A DNA stretch of 64,000 nt from a bacterium (GCA_025360745.1 JANYBP010000005.1:127-64126); one strand, 5' to 3'; counted from the first letter of the stretch, positions 9,631-21,763 are shown. The notes: generated from the letters alone by a model not told the origin. Numbers and translations are program-made.

Positions 9631-9669
9631 TTTGGAGATAAACGGAAGCAAGCGAAAGGAACCGCATCG

Positions 9670-10839
9670 ATGGCACACGAGACGTATTTGTTTACTTCGG
9701 AATCTGTTACGGAAGGGCACCCCGACAAAGTGGCGGACGGCATCTCGGACGCCGTTTTGGACGCCAATCTGCGTCAGGATCCCCGCGCCCGTGTGGCCTG
9801 TGAAACGCTGGTCAGCACCGGGCTGGTCGTGATCGCGGGCGAGATCACCAGCCGGGCCACGGTCGACTACTCAAGCCTGGCTCGCGAAAAGATCCGCCGC
9901 ATCGGCTATGACGATGCCAGCCTCGGCTTCTCGGCCGACAGTTGCGGCGTGCTGATCGCGCTGGACCGCCAGTCCCCGGACATCTCGCAGGGCGTGACGC
10001 AGGGCCAAGGAATGTTCAAGGAACAGGGCGCCGGTGACCAGGGCATGATGTTCGGTTATGCCTGCGACGAGACGCGCGAAATGATGCCGATGCCGATCAT
10101 GTTCGCCCACCGGCTGACACGCGGCCTGGCCAATGCGCGGCGCGACGGCTCTCTGCCCTGGCTGCGGCCGGACGGCAAGTCGCAGGTGACCATCGCCTAC
10201 GAGGATGGCAAACCGATGTACGTTGACACGGTGGTGGTTTCGACCCAGCACGCCCCGGACGTGAAGTACAAGGAAGTGCATGATGGCGTGATCGAGGAGA
10301 TCGTCAAACAAGTGATTTCCCCAAAGCTGCTGACCAAGCGGACCAAGTATCTGATCAATCCGACCGGACGCTTCGTGATTGGCGGACCACACGGCGACAG
10401 CGGTGTCACCGGCCGCAAAATCATCGTGGATACCTACGGTGGCATGGGCCGTCACGGAGGCGGCGCCTTTTCAGGCAAGGATCCGTCCAAGGTTGACCGC
10501 AGCGCGGCCTATATGGCGCGTTATGTGGCCAAGAACGTGGTGGCGGCCAAATTGGCCCGCCGCTGCGAGTTGCAACTGGCCTACGCGATCGGCTATCCGA
10601 ATCCGGTTTCGGTGCATATCGACACCTTCGGCACAGGCTCGGTCAGCGACCGGCAGATCGAAAAGGCCGTCAGGGCGGTGTTTGGATTGAAACCGGCGGA
10701 GATCATCGAAACCTTGAATCTGCTGCGGCCGATTTACGAGGCCACCTCGATGTACGGCCACTTCGGACGCACCCGGGAGTTGGACGTTTTCACCTGGGAA
10801 CGCACGGATCGCGCCGCGGATCTGCGCGCGGCGGTGTAA
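9670..10839 (+). CDS. metK: S-adenosylmethionine synthase
   Basis: [41 protein letters not shown]. Confidence 0.98.
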   Translation: MAHETYLFTSESVTEGHPDKVADGISDAVLDANLRQDPRARVACETLVSTGLVVIAGEITSRATVDYSSLAREKIRRIGYDDASLGFSADSCGVLIALDRQSPDISQGVTQGQGMFKEQGAGDQGMMFGYACDETREMMPMPIMFAHRLTRGLANARRDGSLPWLRPDGKSQVTIAYEDGKPMYVDTVVVSTQHAPDVKYKEVHDGVIEEIVKQVISPKLLTKRTKYLINPTGRFVIGGPHGDSGVTGRKIIVDTYGGMGRHGGGAFSGKDPSKVDRSAAYMARYVAKNVVAAKLARRCELQLAYAIGYPNPVSVHIDTFGTGSVSDRQIEKAVRAVFGLKPAEIIETLNLLRPIYEATSMYGHFGRTRELDVFTWERTDRAADLRAAV

Positions 10840-10860
10840 GTCGGAGCGACGGAAGATAAA

Positions 10861-10989
10861 AGGGTTCAGGGTTCGGGGTACAGGTAAGATAACGACTTCT
10901 GTGCCTGATCTGAGAAACCAGGGTTCAGGGTGTCAGGGTTCAGGAAAAATCCATCCTGAACCCTGAACTTTGGGCCCTTTTTTATTTTT
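10861..10989 (+). repeat. GGGTTCA heptamer clusters with inverted copy forming a 12-bp hairpin, followed by a T-tract (possible metK terminator)
   Basis: agggttcagggttcggggtacagg (10861-10884) and cagggttcagggtgtcagggttcagg (10919-10944). tcagggttcagg (10933-10944) pairs with cctgaaccctga (10955-10966). T-rich 10978-10989. Confidence 0.85.
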
Positions 10990-11327
10990 CGATCCATCTG
11001 GTGGCGGCCTTTGCGCCAGTTTCCCGACTGATACCCGAAACCATCTTTCCCCATTCCGACCGGCGGCGTGACTTAACCGCTTGACGGTTTTTGGGAGGGT
11101 TTTCGGCGAGGACAAAGAAACGAGAAAACCCTTGATAAGTACACGGTCATGGCGACCTCGCCACATATGTTCAGGCAGCAGTTGCGTCCGCCGCAGGACG
11201 GCGTATGATGGACGCACGGCATCGTTGGGGTATATCCCTGAGCGGAGTCAGTTGCGGAAAGTCCGTCTGATCGATGAAGAGTTTTCCGCGGTTGATGTTC
11301 GGGTGCAAGGACGTGTAAGGAGACGAT

Positions 11328-12485
11328 ATGAGCAAACTGAAACGCATATTTCTGAACGGCTTTAAGTCGTTCCGCTTTGCCGGAAGGGAACTGGACGAAG
11401 CCCAGCAAACCGAAGCGGGCAATGCCATTGAGTTCGGGGACATCACCGTTTTGCTCGGAGCCAACGGGGCAGGGAAGAGCAACATCGTTTCGTTCTTCAG
11501 GATGCTGAATTACATGATGACCGGGGCACTTCAAGAGTTCGTCGGCAAGGGAGGCGGGGCTTCGTCCATCCTGCACTACGGCCCCAAGACGACTCCCAAA
11601 ATGCAGGCCGTCGTAGAGTTCGAGTCGGATCAACGGAAGAGCCGCTACGAGATGATCTTTACGGATGCACCACCTGATATTTTGATGTTCACCAATGAGA
11701 ATGTTTTTTTTCACGATGCTGCCTGCCCCAGACCCCAGGAGATGGTTCTTCAGAGCGGGCATCAGGAGAGCGCCTTGAAGGGACGTGCGAAGAACAATGG
11801 AACGTGTCGGGTGATCTACGCAATGCTTTCCGGATGCCGTACTTATCAGTTTCACGACACGTCTGCCACCGCCAATGTGCGGAAACCCTCCTACATCGAG
11901 AACACAAAATACTTGCTGAGCGATGCCGGCAACCTCGCCCCATACCTTTATGCCATGCGGGAGAGCACGCAGGAACGGCGATACTACGACCGGATCGTCA
12001 GCACCATCCAGCAGGTCTACCCCCAGTTCAAGGACTTCGACATTGAGCCATCGAGACTGGATGATAAGAACATGCTTCTGAATTGGCGGGAGAAAGGAAA
12101 CTCGGAGTACCTGTTCGGCCCTCATCAACTCTCTGACGGTACGCTGCGCTTCATGGCTTTGGCAACGTTGTTTCTTCAGCCGCCACATAGGCTCCCATCG
12201 GCCATTGTCATTGATGAACCTGAGCTGGGACTTCACCCCCATGCGATCACGGTGCTGGCCGGAATCATTCACGGGGTCTCCAACAAGTGCCAGGTTGTTC
12301 TCTCGACCCAGTCCACCAGACTCGTGGACGAGTTTGAGGTGGGGCAGATTGTCGTGGTTGAGCGGGATCGAAAGGAGAATTTCAGCCGTTGCCGCCGTCC
12401 CGATGCCAAGGCCCTTGAGGAGTGGATCAAGCAGTATTCGACAAGCGAACTGTGGGAGAAGAACGTGTTGGGAGGGCGGCCATGA
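11328..12485 (+). CDS. ABC-type/AAA_21-like ATPase
   Basis: NGFKSF, Walker A GANGAGKS, YQFHDTS, signature LSDGTLR, Walker B IVIDEPELGLHP, STQS. SD AAGGAG. Visibly more AT-rich than flanking genes. Confidence 0.88.
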   Translation: MSKLKRIFLNGFKSFRFAGRELDEAQQTEAGNAIEFGDITVLLGANGAGKSNIVSFFRMLNYMMTGALQEFVGKGGGASSILHYGPKTTPKMQAVVEFESDQRKSRYEMIFTDAPPDILMFTNENVFFHDAACPRPQEMVLQSGHQESALKGRAKNNGTCRVIYAMLSGCRTYQFHDTSATANVRKPSYIENTKYLLSDAGNLAPYLYAMRESTQERRYYDRIVSTIQQVYPQFKDFDIEPSRLDDKNMLLNWREKGNSEYLFGPHQLSDGTLRFMALATLFLQPPHRLPSAIVIDEPELGLHPHAITVLAGIIHGVSNKCQVVLSTQSTRLVDEFEVGQIVVVERDRKENFSRCRRPDAKALEEWIKQYSTSELWEKNVLGGRP

Positions 12486-13174
12486 CATCCCGCCTGCATG
12501 TGACTGCCGAGGGGCCTACCGAAGAACGGTATGTCAACAATGTGCTCGTGAATCATCTCGGGGGCTTTCAGGTCGTCACCGACGTTCGCAGCGTCAAGAC
12601 CGGCCGCAAGCGTGGGGTGGGCTATCGCGGCGGAATGACGAACTTTCCGAAGGCACGACAGGACATCCTGAATTGGATGAAGGAAGACCAGAACCCCGAC
12701 GCATTCTTTACGACCATGTTTGACCTATACGCCCTGCCGGACGACTTCCCAGGCTATGTAGATGCCCGCCGGGAAAATGACCCGTATCGGAGGGTTGCCG
12801 TGTTGGAGGCCGCCCTCAAACAGGATTTCAGTCATCCCCGTTTCCTGCCCTACGTCCAACTTCACGAATTCGAGGCTCTGATCCTGGCCGAACCGCGGAA
12901 ACTCGACTGGGAGTACCTCGAACACGACGATGCCATAGGGCGTCTCGTCCGGATGGTGGGTGAACAGAACCCTGAACTCATCAACGACGGCCCGGAGACT
13001 TCCCCCTCCAAGCGGATCATCCGGGAGATTCCGGCGTACGAACACCAGAAGGCGTCATCAGGCCCCATCGTGGCCGGGAGAATCGGGATTCCCGTGCTCA
13101 AAGATCGGTGCCGTCATTTCAATAACTGGCTTGGACAACTTGAACGGCTGCCGCAGGCACTGGGCCAAACATAA
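12482..13174 (+). CDS. DUF4276 family protein (TOPRIM-like putative nuclease)
   Basis: TAEGPTEE, FTTMFDLY, PYVQLHEFEALI, NPELINDGPETSPSKRI, CRHFNNWL. ATGA overlap with the ATPase stop. Confidence 0.85.
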   Translation: MTSRLHVTAEGPTEERYVNNVLVNHLGGFQVVTDVRSVKTGRKRGVGYRGGMTNFPKARQDILNWMKEDQNPDAFFTTMFDLYALPDDFPGYVDARRENDPYRRVAVLEAALKQDFSHPRFLPYVQLHEFEALILAEPRKLDWEYLEHDDAIGRLVRMVGEQNPELINDGPETSPSKRIIREIPAYEHQKASSGPIVAGRIGIPVLKDRCRHFNNWLGQLERLPQALGQT

Positions 13175-13369
13175 TGAGGAGGGTATCGTTATGCAGGCTC
13201 CAAAACTGACGTTCGGCGACCGAGCCTGATGTTGTCTGGGTGAACCGATGCCGTTCTCGCTGTGATCCGCGCCTGCGAACCGCTGGTCATTACCACGATA
13301 TTCGACCAGTGAAATGCGGATTTTCACAAACCGTGTCGCGGGAAACACGCTGGCGTTTGGTGTGCTTTG

Positions 13370-13406
13370 CCGAACACTGCACACCGAACACTGAACACCG
13401 AACACT
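13370..13406 (+). repeat. Heptamer array, 5 units of C(C/T)G(A/C)ACA
   Basis: ccgaaca ctgcaca ccgaaca ctgaaca ccgaaca. The adjacent gtttggtgtgc (13355-13365) can pair with gcacaccgaac. Lies just past the FHA gene stop. Confidence 0.9.
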
Positions 13407-13411
13407 CGTAC

Positions 13412-13846
13412 TCAGGCCTTCGGCGGCTCGCCGGCGTCGGGCTTTTCCGCTCTCGCATGCGGGACGCTGCTTTGCACGATCTCGCGCAGCATGGTGGTGT
13501 AGCCCTTGCCGTTTTCCAGTTCGCGGCTGACTTCCTTGAGAATCGTACCGGCGCCTTTTTCGACGCGGTTCTCCAGATGGAACACGATGTTCCCGATGCG
13601 GATCTGGTCGCCGACTTTCAGGACGGCTATATCCACGCGCTGATCGTTGACGAATACGCCGTTGCGCGACTTGAGATCCCTGATCACGTAGTCACCGTCC
13701 CAGAGCCGTATCTCGGCATGGTGGCGCGATATTTTTGTCTCCGCCACCGCCAGATCGGCATCGGAGGAACGTCCGATCACGATCGGCTCCGAACCGAGCG
13801 TTGCCACCATGTGCCGCCCCTCGCCGTCGGTAAATCGCAGGATCAT
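13412..13846 (-). CDS. FHA domain protein
   Basis: IVIGRSS..ISRHHAEI..IRDLKSRNGVFVN: conserved GR, SxxH and NG of FHA. SD GGAGG before ATG at 13846. Confidence 0.9.
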   Translation of the reverse strand: MILRFTDGEGRHMVATLGSEPIVIGRSSDADLAVAETKISRHHAEIRLWDGDYVIRDLKSRNGVFVNDQRVDIAVLKVGDQIRIGNIVFHLENRVEKGAGTILKEVSRELENGKGYTTMLREIVQSSVPHARAEKPDAGEPPKA

Positions 13847-13905
13847 GCAATGCCTCCCCTTTTTTGTCGTCGTGCGCATAACGGTAGTCAATCGCCGCCC
13901 GTCGG

Positions 13906-14469
13906 TCAATTCCCGCCTGCAGGCGGCGCGCTCAGCCAGCCGGCCAGCCGGGCTTGTAAATCCGCCATGTTTTGCGCCCGCCGATCGGCGCGGGTGGGGG
14001 AGTTGCCACCCACCAGGATGGTTCGACAGCCGGCCCGCCGGCCGGCTTCCACGTCGCTTTCCGCGTCGCCCACCATCCACGAACGGGTCAGGTCCAGCCC
14101 GTACTGCGCCGCGGCGCGCAGCAACATGCCCGGTTGCGGTTTGCGGCAGTCGCAGCTGTCGCGTTCGTGCGGACAATACAAGACGTCCAGCACATCGACG
14201 CCCTGAGCGCGCAATTGTTCGCGCAGCCGGCGATGCAGGTCGTCCACCGTGGCCGCGCTCATGCGTCCGCGCGCCACCCCGCGCTGGTTGCTCACCACCA
14301 CGGCGGCGAAACCAAGGCCTGTTACAATGCGTAACGCTTCCACAAACTCCGGCTGAAGATGAAAATCCTCCCAGCGTTCGACATAGCCCGGCCCCGGCGA
14401 CAGGTTGACAATGCCGTCGCGATCGAAAAAAACCGCGGGGCGCCCTGAAGTTTTGGAAAGCCTATCCAC
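13906..14469 (-). CDS. gmhB: D,D-heptose 1,7-bisphosphate phosphatase (HAD-IIIA)
   Basis: AVFFDRDG, VVSNQRG, YCPH..CDCRKPQPGM, SWMVGD..DVEAG. Start uncertain (GTG 14469 chosen; ORF is open to 14547). Confidence 0.85.
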   Translation of the reverse strand: MDRLSKTSGRPAVFFDRDGIVNLSPGPGYVERWEDFHLQPEFVEALRIVTGLGFAAVVVSNQRGVARGRMSAATVDDLHRRLREQLRAQGVDVLDVLYCPHERDSCDCRKPQPGMLLRAAAQYGLDLTRSWMVGDAESDVEAGRRAGCRTILVGGNSPTRADRRAQNMADLQARLAGWLSAPPAGGN

Positions 14470-14604
14470 CTGTCGCAACCTTTCTGGCCGGAACGCACGG
14501 GCCGTTCGGACGACCTCTTCCTTACCCCGCCCAGCTTCGCGCGTCAATCAAAATTGGGCACATCGTGCTTGCGTTTGCGCCGCAACTCGGGCAGATTATT
14601 CCCC

Positions 14605-16559
14605 ATGGCGCTGAATTTAAAGCGATGCACGCAATTAGTCTTGGGCCTTGTAGGTTGGTTGCTGGTATCCACCGCGCCGGCCATCTCCTACCGCGACTGG
14701 ATAGCCGAGCCGGCGCCGGCGGATGCAACGATTACGCTTCTCGTTGAGCCGCTGTCCAATGGATGCGTTGCGGCGACTCAGAGCATTGAATTGTCGTCGT
14801 TCGGACATGGCCGCCATGCCAACGATAAACGTGAGTTGCCCACGCGCCCATCCGGTGGTTATCTCGGGCAACTTATCGTTCGACGGTTTGCGGGGGCCAG
14901 ACTCTATTTTCCGCTGACGGTATGCTTGTCGTTTCCAACCGTTCAAGTCGAGGACCTGCTGCCGTCTACGGGGCAAAGTCTTTCGAATTCCACGGCAAGT
15001 TTGAAATGGCACCTGCCTATGGGCATCTTGAATCCCGCCGCGCCGTTGCGCGCGGAACGCTTCCGGCGAAGTTGGTCCATCGCGAGCCTGTCCGCGGACG
15101 AGCGCGCGACCATACCGCTGATGCTTGCCGCGATGCCGGGCGGTGGATACCGCTCCCGCGACAATCTCCACACCTGTCTGTGCGAAATCCGGGATGCCCG
15201 GGGAACCGTCCTGCTGCGGAAACAGGTGGTGGAAATCTTCCGGCAGGACTGGTGCAATGGCAGCAGCACGGGCTGGGTGATGAACGAACTGGAGGCCGAC
15301 CGCTTTCTGCGCGATTCCGCCGGCGTCAACAATACGCATACCATTACCGAACTTCCACCGCTGATCGAACCCTATGCCGAAATCAATGCCTTATGGGTGT
15401 CCGACGAGGCCTCCCGCGGCGCCGCGCTGACCCAGGCGATGCTGCGGCGTCTGCTGCTGATGGGCATCTGGATTTATGGCCGCGACGCCACCATTTTCAA
15501 ACTGACCGCCATGGCGGGTTTGCCAGGTCAATGTTCCGTGCTGTTGGGCGGCATTCAAGGAGTGCTTTTGCCGTCGGTCAAGGATTCCGGCGAAAAGCAT
15601 GGTTCGTCACAACGCGAGAATTCGTTCTGGGACTACTACATTCCAAATGCGGGCGACGGAAATAAACAGGCCGTGCCGGTCATGGAAAACCGCCGCGATC
15701 TGTTTCAACCGCTCAAGGGCCGCTATCTTGGCTGGACCTGCGGCGTGCTTGGCATTTTTCTGGGCGTGGCCTGCATCGGCCTGCCGGTCGCCTTCCGGCG
15801 TCTGAAAGGCTCGCGCCGCCTGATGCTCTGGTGGCTGATCCCGCTGGTCACGGTTTCGATCGGCAGCCTGAGCCTGATCGGCGGCCAGTTGCTGCTCCCG
15901 CGCCAGCCGCAAGCCGATGTCACCGAATACCGATTCGCCTTCGCCGGCTGGCCCGAAGTTTTTTGCCGCAGCGTCAATCGCAGTCTGACTTTCGAAAACC
16001 GGCAGGTCTCATGGACGATGCCCTTGGACAGTTTTATCATGCCTGTCCGCTCTCGTTCCAGTTCAGTCGGCCAGGAATGGATGGAAGCGTCAGCCGGCGG
16101 GATGGTACACGGCATGTCCGGAGTGAAACGCGGGCAATTGATGGACTCCGAAACCGCCGGATTTCGCGCTTTGCCGCTGCCCGTGGCGAGCGACGACAGC
16201 ACAACCAACCCGCCCGGCTTGCGAGTGCTGGCGCCGCTGCGCCAGGTCCACGTCTGGGAAAATGGCGCGTGGCACCGGGCGGGCGATCTTAAAGCCGGCC
16301 AGATTATCCGGACGCCCTTCGGCTCCAAGACCAATACGCTCTTCGGCCTGCCCCAGTGTATCAACGATTCCATCCCTGTTAACGGTTGCCCGTCCGCGCC
16401 TTTTTACAATACGCTGATCGTGGCGGCGTTATCCGACGAGCCCGCCGCCGTTCAACCGGGCATGAAAAATACGCGCAGCGAATCACGTGTCGTTTGGCTG
16501 ATCCAGATTCCCGTGCAACCAACGCCCCCTGTGCCCGGCGAGATGGGGGATAAACCCAG

Positions 16560-16563
<4 letters not shown>
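14605..16563 (+). CDS. Hypothetical exported/membrane protein with two central TM helices
   Basis: Signal-like N-terminus. TM segments GVLGIFLGVACIGLPVAF and LMLWWLIPLVTVSIGSLSLIGG. Translationally coupled to the ABC ATPase. Confidence 0.7.
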
Positions 16564-17545
<982 letters not shown>

Positions 17546-17549
<4 letters not shown>

Positions 17550-18358
17550 TGAATCCCTTGTACTGGCTGGAATTGCGCGTGCGCGCCCGGGAAAAACGGC
17601 TCTGGCTGATCGCGCTGTTTTTCGTGATCGTCATGGCGATCATCAGCGGGATCATGCTGGCCACATCCATGCAGTCGTCTGGCAATCGTTTCATCGAGCC
17701 CCTAAATATCGGCGAGGGCATGATCTGGACGGCGTTATTTTGCCAGGCCGGCCTGCTCGTGATCCTGGCGCCGCTGGCCACGGCCGGACGGATTTCACAG
17801 GAACGCGAACAACGCACGCTGGCCGCGCTGGTCAATTCTCCCGCCAGCGCGACCCGCATTGCGTTGGGCAAATTGTGGGGCGCCTGGACCTTTGTGCTCT
17901 GGCTCGGGGTGCTGGTGCTGCCGTTCCTCTTCACGGCGACACTCTGGGGCGGACCTTCCTGGAAGTTGATTCTCGGCTGCCTCGGACTGAACTTGCTGGC
18001 CGGTTTAGTTCTTTCGGCGCTGTCGCTGGGTATATCCGGACTGTTCGGACGCTCGTTAACCGCCTATTTGGTTACCGGCTGTTTCCTTTTCGGCTGGATC
18101 GCGGTGCTGCCTATGCTGGGTTCCCTGGCCATGGCGTTGAATCATGACGGAAGTGTCGCTCCCCATTACCAGGAATTCGTGATGTACCTGACGATGTATC
18201 ACAATCCTTTCTATCCCCTGATTTCATTGACCGAGGCTGTCACGGAAACGGGCGGCAAATTTATCCTGCCGATGGTATATGGCGTGACGGTCTGGATCCT
18301 GCTGGGGTGGGGCGGACTGATGCTCGCGATCCGCAGCCTGAAGCGCGAAGTGTATTGA
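17546..18358 (+). CDS. ABC-2 type transporter permease
   Basis: About six hydrophobic segments. ISQEREQRTL..IALGKL motif typical of ABC-2 permeases. Confidence 0.85.
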
Positions 18359-18430
18359 CCGTGACAGGCCCGCACGACGGGTCGCCCGGATGTTCTCTCC
18401 TGAAGCGCCCGTTGCGTCAAGAAAACGGGC

Positions 18431-19519
18431 TCAACGGATTTCCACGAACTTGTACTTGCGGCTGCCCATTTTGAGGGACTCGCATTCCTCGACCTGGATG
18501 TAGGGATCCTTGCCGTGAATCTGCTGGAACAGGTGGCCTGAGCCGGAGCGTTTCAACGGCGCGGGCAGCGAGCCCTCGATGAATTTCTCGTGCTTGATCA
18601 GGTCCATGGCGGCCGTCTCGCAGGCGACGATGTCGTCGCTGGCGACGATGCCGATGTCCGGCACGATCGAGGGCGTGGTAAAGCCCCAGCAGTCGCAGAA
18701 GGGCGTGATGTTCAGCAGCGCCGTGATGTGCAGCACCCGGCCCTTGTCGAATGTCTTGAGCACTTCGTTGACGGTGGTCGCCATGCCGTGCTGGAACCAG
18801 CGAAAGCCCCGGTGGTCTATGGTGATAGCCTTCTTGGGGCAGGCCAGTTCGCAGTGCATGCAATACTTACAGGCGTGGTCGAAGATGCTGATCTTGTGAT
18901 CCTTGAAGGTGATGGCCGAATTCGGGCAGTTATCCTTGCAGAGCAGACAACCGCTGCACTTCGACGCATCCCACTCGAAGGCGGCGCTCATCAGGCGGTG
19001 AATGCGGCTGCGCGTGTCGCCGTCTACGCATCCCATCGCGATATTCTTGATCGCGCCGCCGAAGCCGCTATGCCCGTGCCCCTTGCCGTGGGAGAGCACG
19101 ATCATGGCGTCGGCATCGACGATGTTGCCCGCCAGTTCGACCGTTTTCATGGAGCGGTAGTTCACGCGCCGGGAATAGATGTACTTGTCGGCCGCGCCGG
19201 CCACCGGCAGCAACTGGCAGCCCAGCGTCTCGGCCGTGTAACCGCGGGCGGCCGCCGAGGCGACGGCATTCGGGCTGTCGGTCACGAAGGGTACGCCGCC
19301 GGCATCCTTGACCGCCTTCACCACACGCCCGACCAGGAACGGGTGGATCGTGGAAAATCCCATGTTGCCGCCCAGATGCATCTTGATGGCGACACGCTTG
19401 GAGGCAAAGCGTTTCTTGAAATTCCAGGCGCCCAGCATTTTGTCCAGCAGCGCCGGCAGCGTCGCGTTGGCGCGTAATTCCTTTGGACAGGCGGAGGCGA
19501 AGGTGACGGTTGGTTGCAT
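18431..19519 (-). CDS. DUF362 domain protein with 2x[4Fe-4S] ferredoxin insert
   Basis: VAIKMHLG, HGKGHGHSGFGGAIKNIAMGC, CSGCLLCKDNCP, CKYCMHCELACP, ITPFCDC, DIGIVASDDIVA. Confidence 0.85.
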   Translation of the reverse strand: MQPTVTFASACPKELRANATLPALLDKMLGAWNFKKRFASKRVAIKMHLGGNMGFSTIHPFLVGRVVKAVKDAGGVPFVTDSPNAVASAAARGYTAETLGCQLLPVAGAADKYIYSRRVNYRSMKTVELAGNIVDADAMIVLSHGKGHGHSGFGGAIKNIAMGCVDGDTRSRIHRLMSAAFEWDASKCSGCLLCKDNCPNSAITFKDHKISIFDHACKYCMHCELACPKKAITIDHRGFRWFQHGMATTVNEVLKTFDKGRVLHITALLNITPFCDCWGFTTPSIVPDIGIVASDDIVACETAAMDLIKHEKFIEGSLPAPLKRSGSGHLFQQIHGKDPYIQVEECESLKMGSRKYKFVEIR

Positions 19520-19576
19520 GATCGGCTTTCTCCAGGTGTGCGTGGTGTTTTGGCTTCTGTCGGCGGTTTAAAGGGG

Positions 19577-20644
19577 TTATTTGCGGGTCGCTTCGGGGGC
19601 GGCGCCGAAGCGTTTACGGGTGATATCGGTCGCCACCCGGCCCTGCGGCGTCCTCTGCAGATAGCCTTCCTGAATCAGGAAGGGCTCGTAGACCTCTTCG
19701 ATCGTATCGGGTTCCTCGCCCACGGCCACCGCCAGCGAACTGACACCCACCGGTCCGCCGCCGAAGCGGAAGAGCAGGGTTTCCAGCAGGCGCTTGTCCA
19801 TTTCGTCCAGGCCATTGGGATCGATGTCGAGCATGCCGAGCGCTTGATCGGCGACAACCCGGGTGATGCGCCCGTCGGCCTTGACCTGGGCATAATCGCG
19901 CACACGGCGCAGCAGACTGTTGCAAATGCGCGGCGTGCCGCGCGAGCGGCGGGCGATCTCGAAGGCGCCCTCGGCATCCACCGAAATATCGAGAATGCGC
20001 GCCGAACGCTCGACGATTCTGGCCAGCGCTTCGGCGTCGTAATAGTCCAGCCGGCAGGCCAGTCCGAAGCGCGACCGCAACGGCGCCGAAAGCATGCCGC
20101 TGCGGGTGGTCGCCGCGATCAGCGTGAAAGGCTTGATGTTCAGCCTTACCGAACGGGCGTTGGGACCCTGGTCGATCATGATATCCAGCACAAAGTCCTC
20201 CATCGCGGAGTAGAGGTACTCCTCGACGCTGCGCTGCATGCGGTGGATTTCGTCTATGAAGAGAATGTCGCCCCGTTCGAGTCCGGTCAGCAGGCCGGCC
20301 AGATCGGCCGGCCGTTCGATCACGGGGCCGGATGTGGATTTGACCTGCACGCCCATGGCATGGCCGAGGATGTAGGCCAGCGTGGTTTTGCCCAGGCCCG
20401 GCGGACCGGAAAACAGGACATGTTCAAGCACCTCGCCGCGGCGCCGGGCGGCCTCCACGAAAAGTTCCAGACGTTCCACCATCTTGCGCTGGCCCACGAA
20501 GTCCGCGAACGAAGGCGGGCGCAGTTTTAGATCCAGCTCGGGATCGGGCTGCACCGCCGCCGCGGTGACCAGGCGCTTGCGTCCCGCGGCCGACGGTGCT
20601 TCCCCGCCCGCGTCTGAAATGAAAGCTTCTTTTTTTTCGCTCAT
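19577..20644 (-). CDS. ruvB: Holliday junction branch migration helicase RuvB
   Basis: [50 protein letters not shown]. Confidence 0.97.
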   Translation of the reverse strand: MSEKKEAFISDAGGEAPSAAGRKRLVTAAAVQPDPELDLKLRPPSFADFVGQRKMVERLELFVEAARRRGEVLEHVLFSGPPGLGKTTLAYILGHAMGVQVKSTSGPVIERPADLAGLLTGLERGDILFIDEIHRMQRSVEEYLYSAMEDFVLDIMIDQGPNARSVRLNIKPFTLIAATTRSGMLSAPLRSRFGLACRLDYYDAEALARIVERSARILDISVDAEGAFEIARRSRGTPRICNSLLRRVRDYAQVKADGRITRVVADQALGMLDIDPNGLDEMDKRLLETLLFRFGGGPVGVSSLAVAVGEEPDTIEEVYEPFLIQEGYLQRTPQGRVATDITRKRFGAAPEATRK

Positions 20645-20660
20645 CGGCAACCTGACAATC

Positions 20661-21254
20661 TCATCCGGCCAGCGCCTTGCGCACGATATCCTCGATCGCG
20701 GCTGTCGCCAGCGTCTCGGGATCGACGCGCTTATTGATCAATTCCTGCGCTTCGCCGCGCCGGTAACCGAGGGTTACCAGGGCCAGAACGGCGTCGCGCA
20801 TTTTGAGGTTTTCCTCCGACGGTTCCGCCGCGGCGGCGGCCAGCGCCTCGCCTTCGCCGATACGGTCGCGTAATTCCACCACCAGGCGTTCGGCGGTCTT
20901 TTTGCCGATCCCGTTGATCGAACTCAGGCGTTTCACGTCGCGTCCGACGATCGACTGCACAAGTTCGCGCACGCTCATGCCGCTGAGCGCGCTGAGCGCG
21001 ATCTTGGGTCCGATGCCGCTGACGTTGAGTAACAGCATAAACAATCTGCGCTCGGCCTCGGAGGCGAATCCGTAAAGCAGGTGTGCGTCCTCGCGGATGT
21101 GGTCATGAATCAGTACGCGGCAGCGCGCGCCCGACGCAGGCAGGTGCTCGTAACTGCTCAGCGGGATTTGGACCTCGTAGCCGACGCCCGCGACGTTCAT
21201 CACGAGGCGTCCGGGCTCCTTCTCCTCCAGCAGGCCGTCGAGAAAGGTGATCAT
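20661..21254 (-). CDS. ruvA: Holliday junction DNA-binding protein RuvA
   Basis: [40 protein letters not shown]. Confidence 0.96.
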   Translation of the reverse strand: MITFLDGLLEEKEPGRLVMNVAGVGYEVQIPLSSYEHLPASGARCRVLIHDHIREDAHLLYGFASEAERRLFMLLLNVSGIGPKIALSALSGMSVRELVQSIVGRDVKRLSSINGIGKKTAERLVVELRDRIGEGEALAAAAAEPSEENLKMRDAVLALVTLGYRRGEAQELINKRVDPETLATAAIEDIVRKALAG

Positions 21255-21280
21255 AGTGGGTACACAGGCGGTTAGCCTTT

Positions 21281-21763
21281 TTACAGCGCCGCCTGGCGTC
21301 CTGAGGCATGAATATGTGTTATGGCGATCGCCAGCGCGTCCGAAGCGTCCTCCTGCGGCGGAGCGCGCAAATCGAGCATTTGCATCACCATCTTACGCAC
21401 CTGTAACTTGTCCGCGGCGCCGAAGCCGACCACCGCCTGTTTAACCCGCCGTGGCGGGTATTCGAACACCGGCAGTCCGGCGCGGGTGCAGATCAGCATG
21501 GCCGCGCCCCGCACCTCGCCCAGCACAACGGCCGTGCGCAGATTCTTGAAGGCGAAGACACCTTCGATCGCCACGGCATCCGGCTGGGTGCGGTCGAGCA
21601 TCTCCTCGATTCCGCCCGCCACGCGCCGCAGACACTCGCTGCGCAGCAGGCGATCGGCGTTGCGAATGCGTCCGTACTCCACGGCGCGCAGGCGGCTGCC
21701 CTCGGATTCGACCACTCCCAGCCCCGTCGAACGGAGCGAAGCGTCTATTCCGAGCACACGCAT
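21281..21763 (-). CDS. ruvC: Crossover junction endodeoxyribonuclease RuvC
   Basis: MRVLGID, VAIE, LGEVRG, VKQAVVGFGAADK, DASDALAIA. ATG at 21763. Confidence 0.95.
   Translation of the reverse strand: MRVLGIDASLRSTGLGVVESEGSRLRAVEYGRIRNADRLLRSECLRRVAGGIEEMLDRTQPDAVAIEGVFAFKNLRTAVVLGEVRGAAMLICTRAGLPVFEYPPRRVKQAVVGFGAADKLQVRKMVMQMLDLRAPPQEDASDALAIAITHIHASGRQAAL

Noticed and set aside
9631-9669. SAM riboswitch upstream of metK
   Set aside because: Only 39 bp separate ptsI and metK, leaving no room and no recognisable motif.
11096-11132. 9-bp inverted repeat AGGGTTTTC/GAAAACCCT upstream of the ATPase
   Set aside because: It could be an operator or element end, but there is no second copy, transposase or convincing promoter spacing, so it is too weak to call.
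11073-12488. 471-aa antisense ORF over the ATPase
   Set aside because: It has no recognisable motifs and is a shadow of a well-supported + strand gene.
18407-18430. GCCCGTT/AACGGGC hairpin between convergent genes
   Set aside because: Short stem, long loop and no U-tract, so not called as a terminator.
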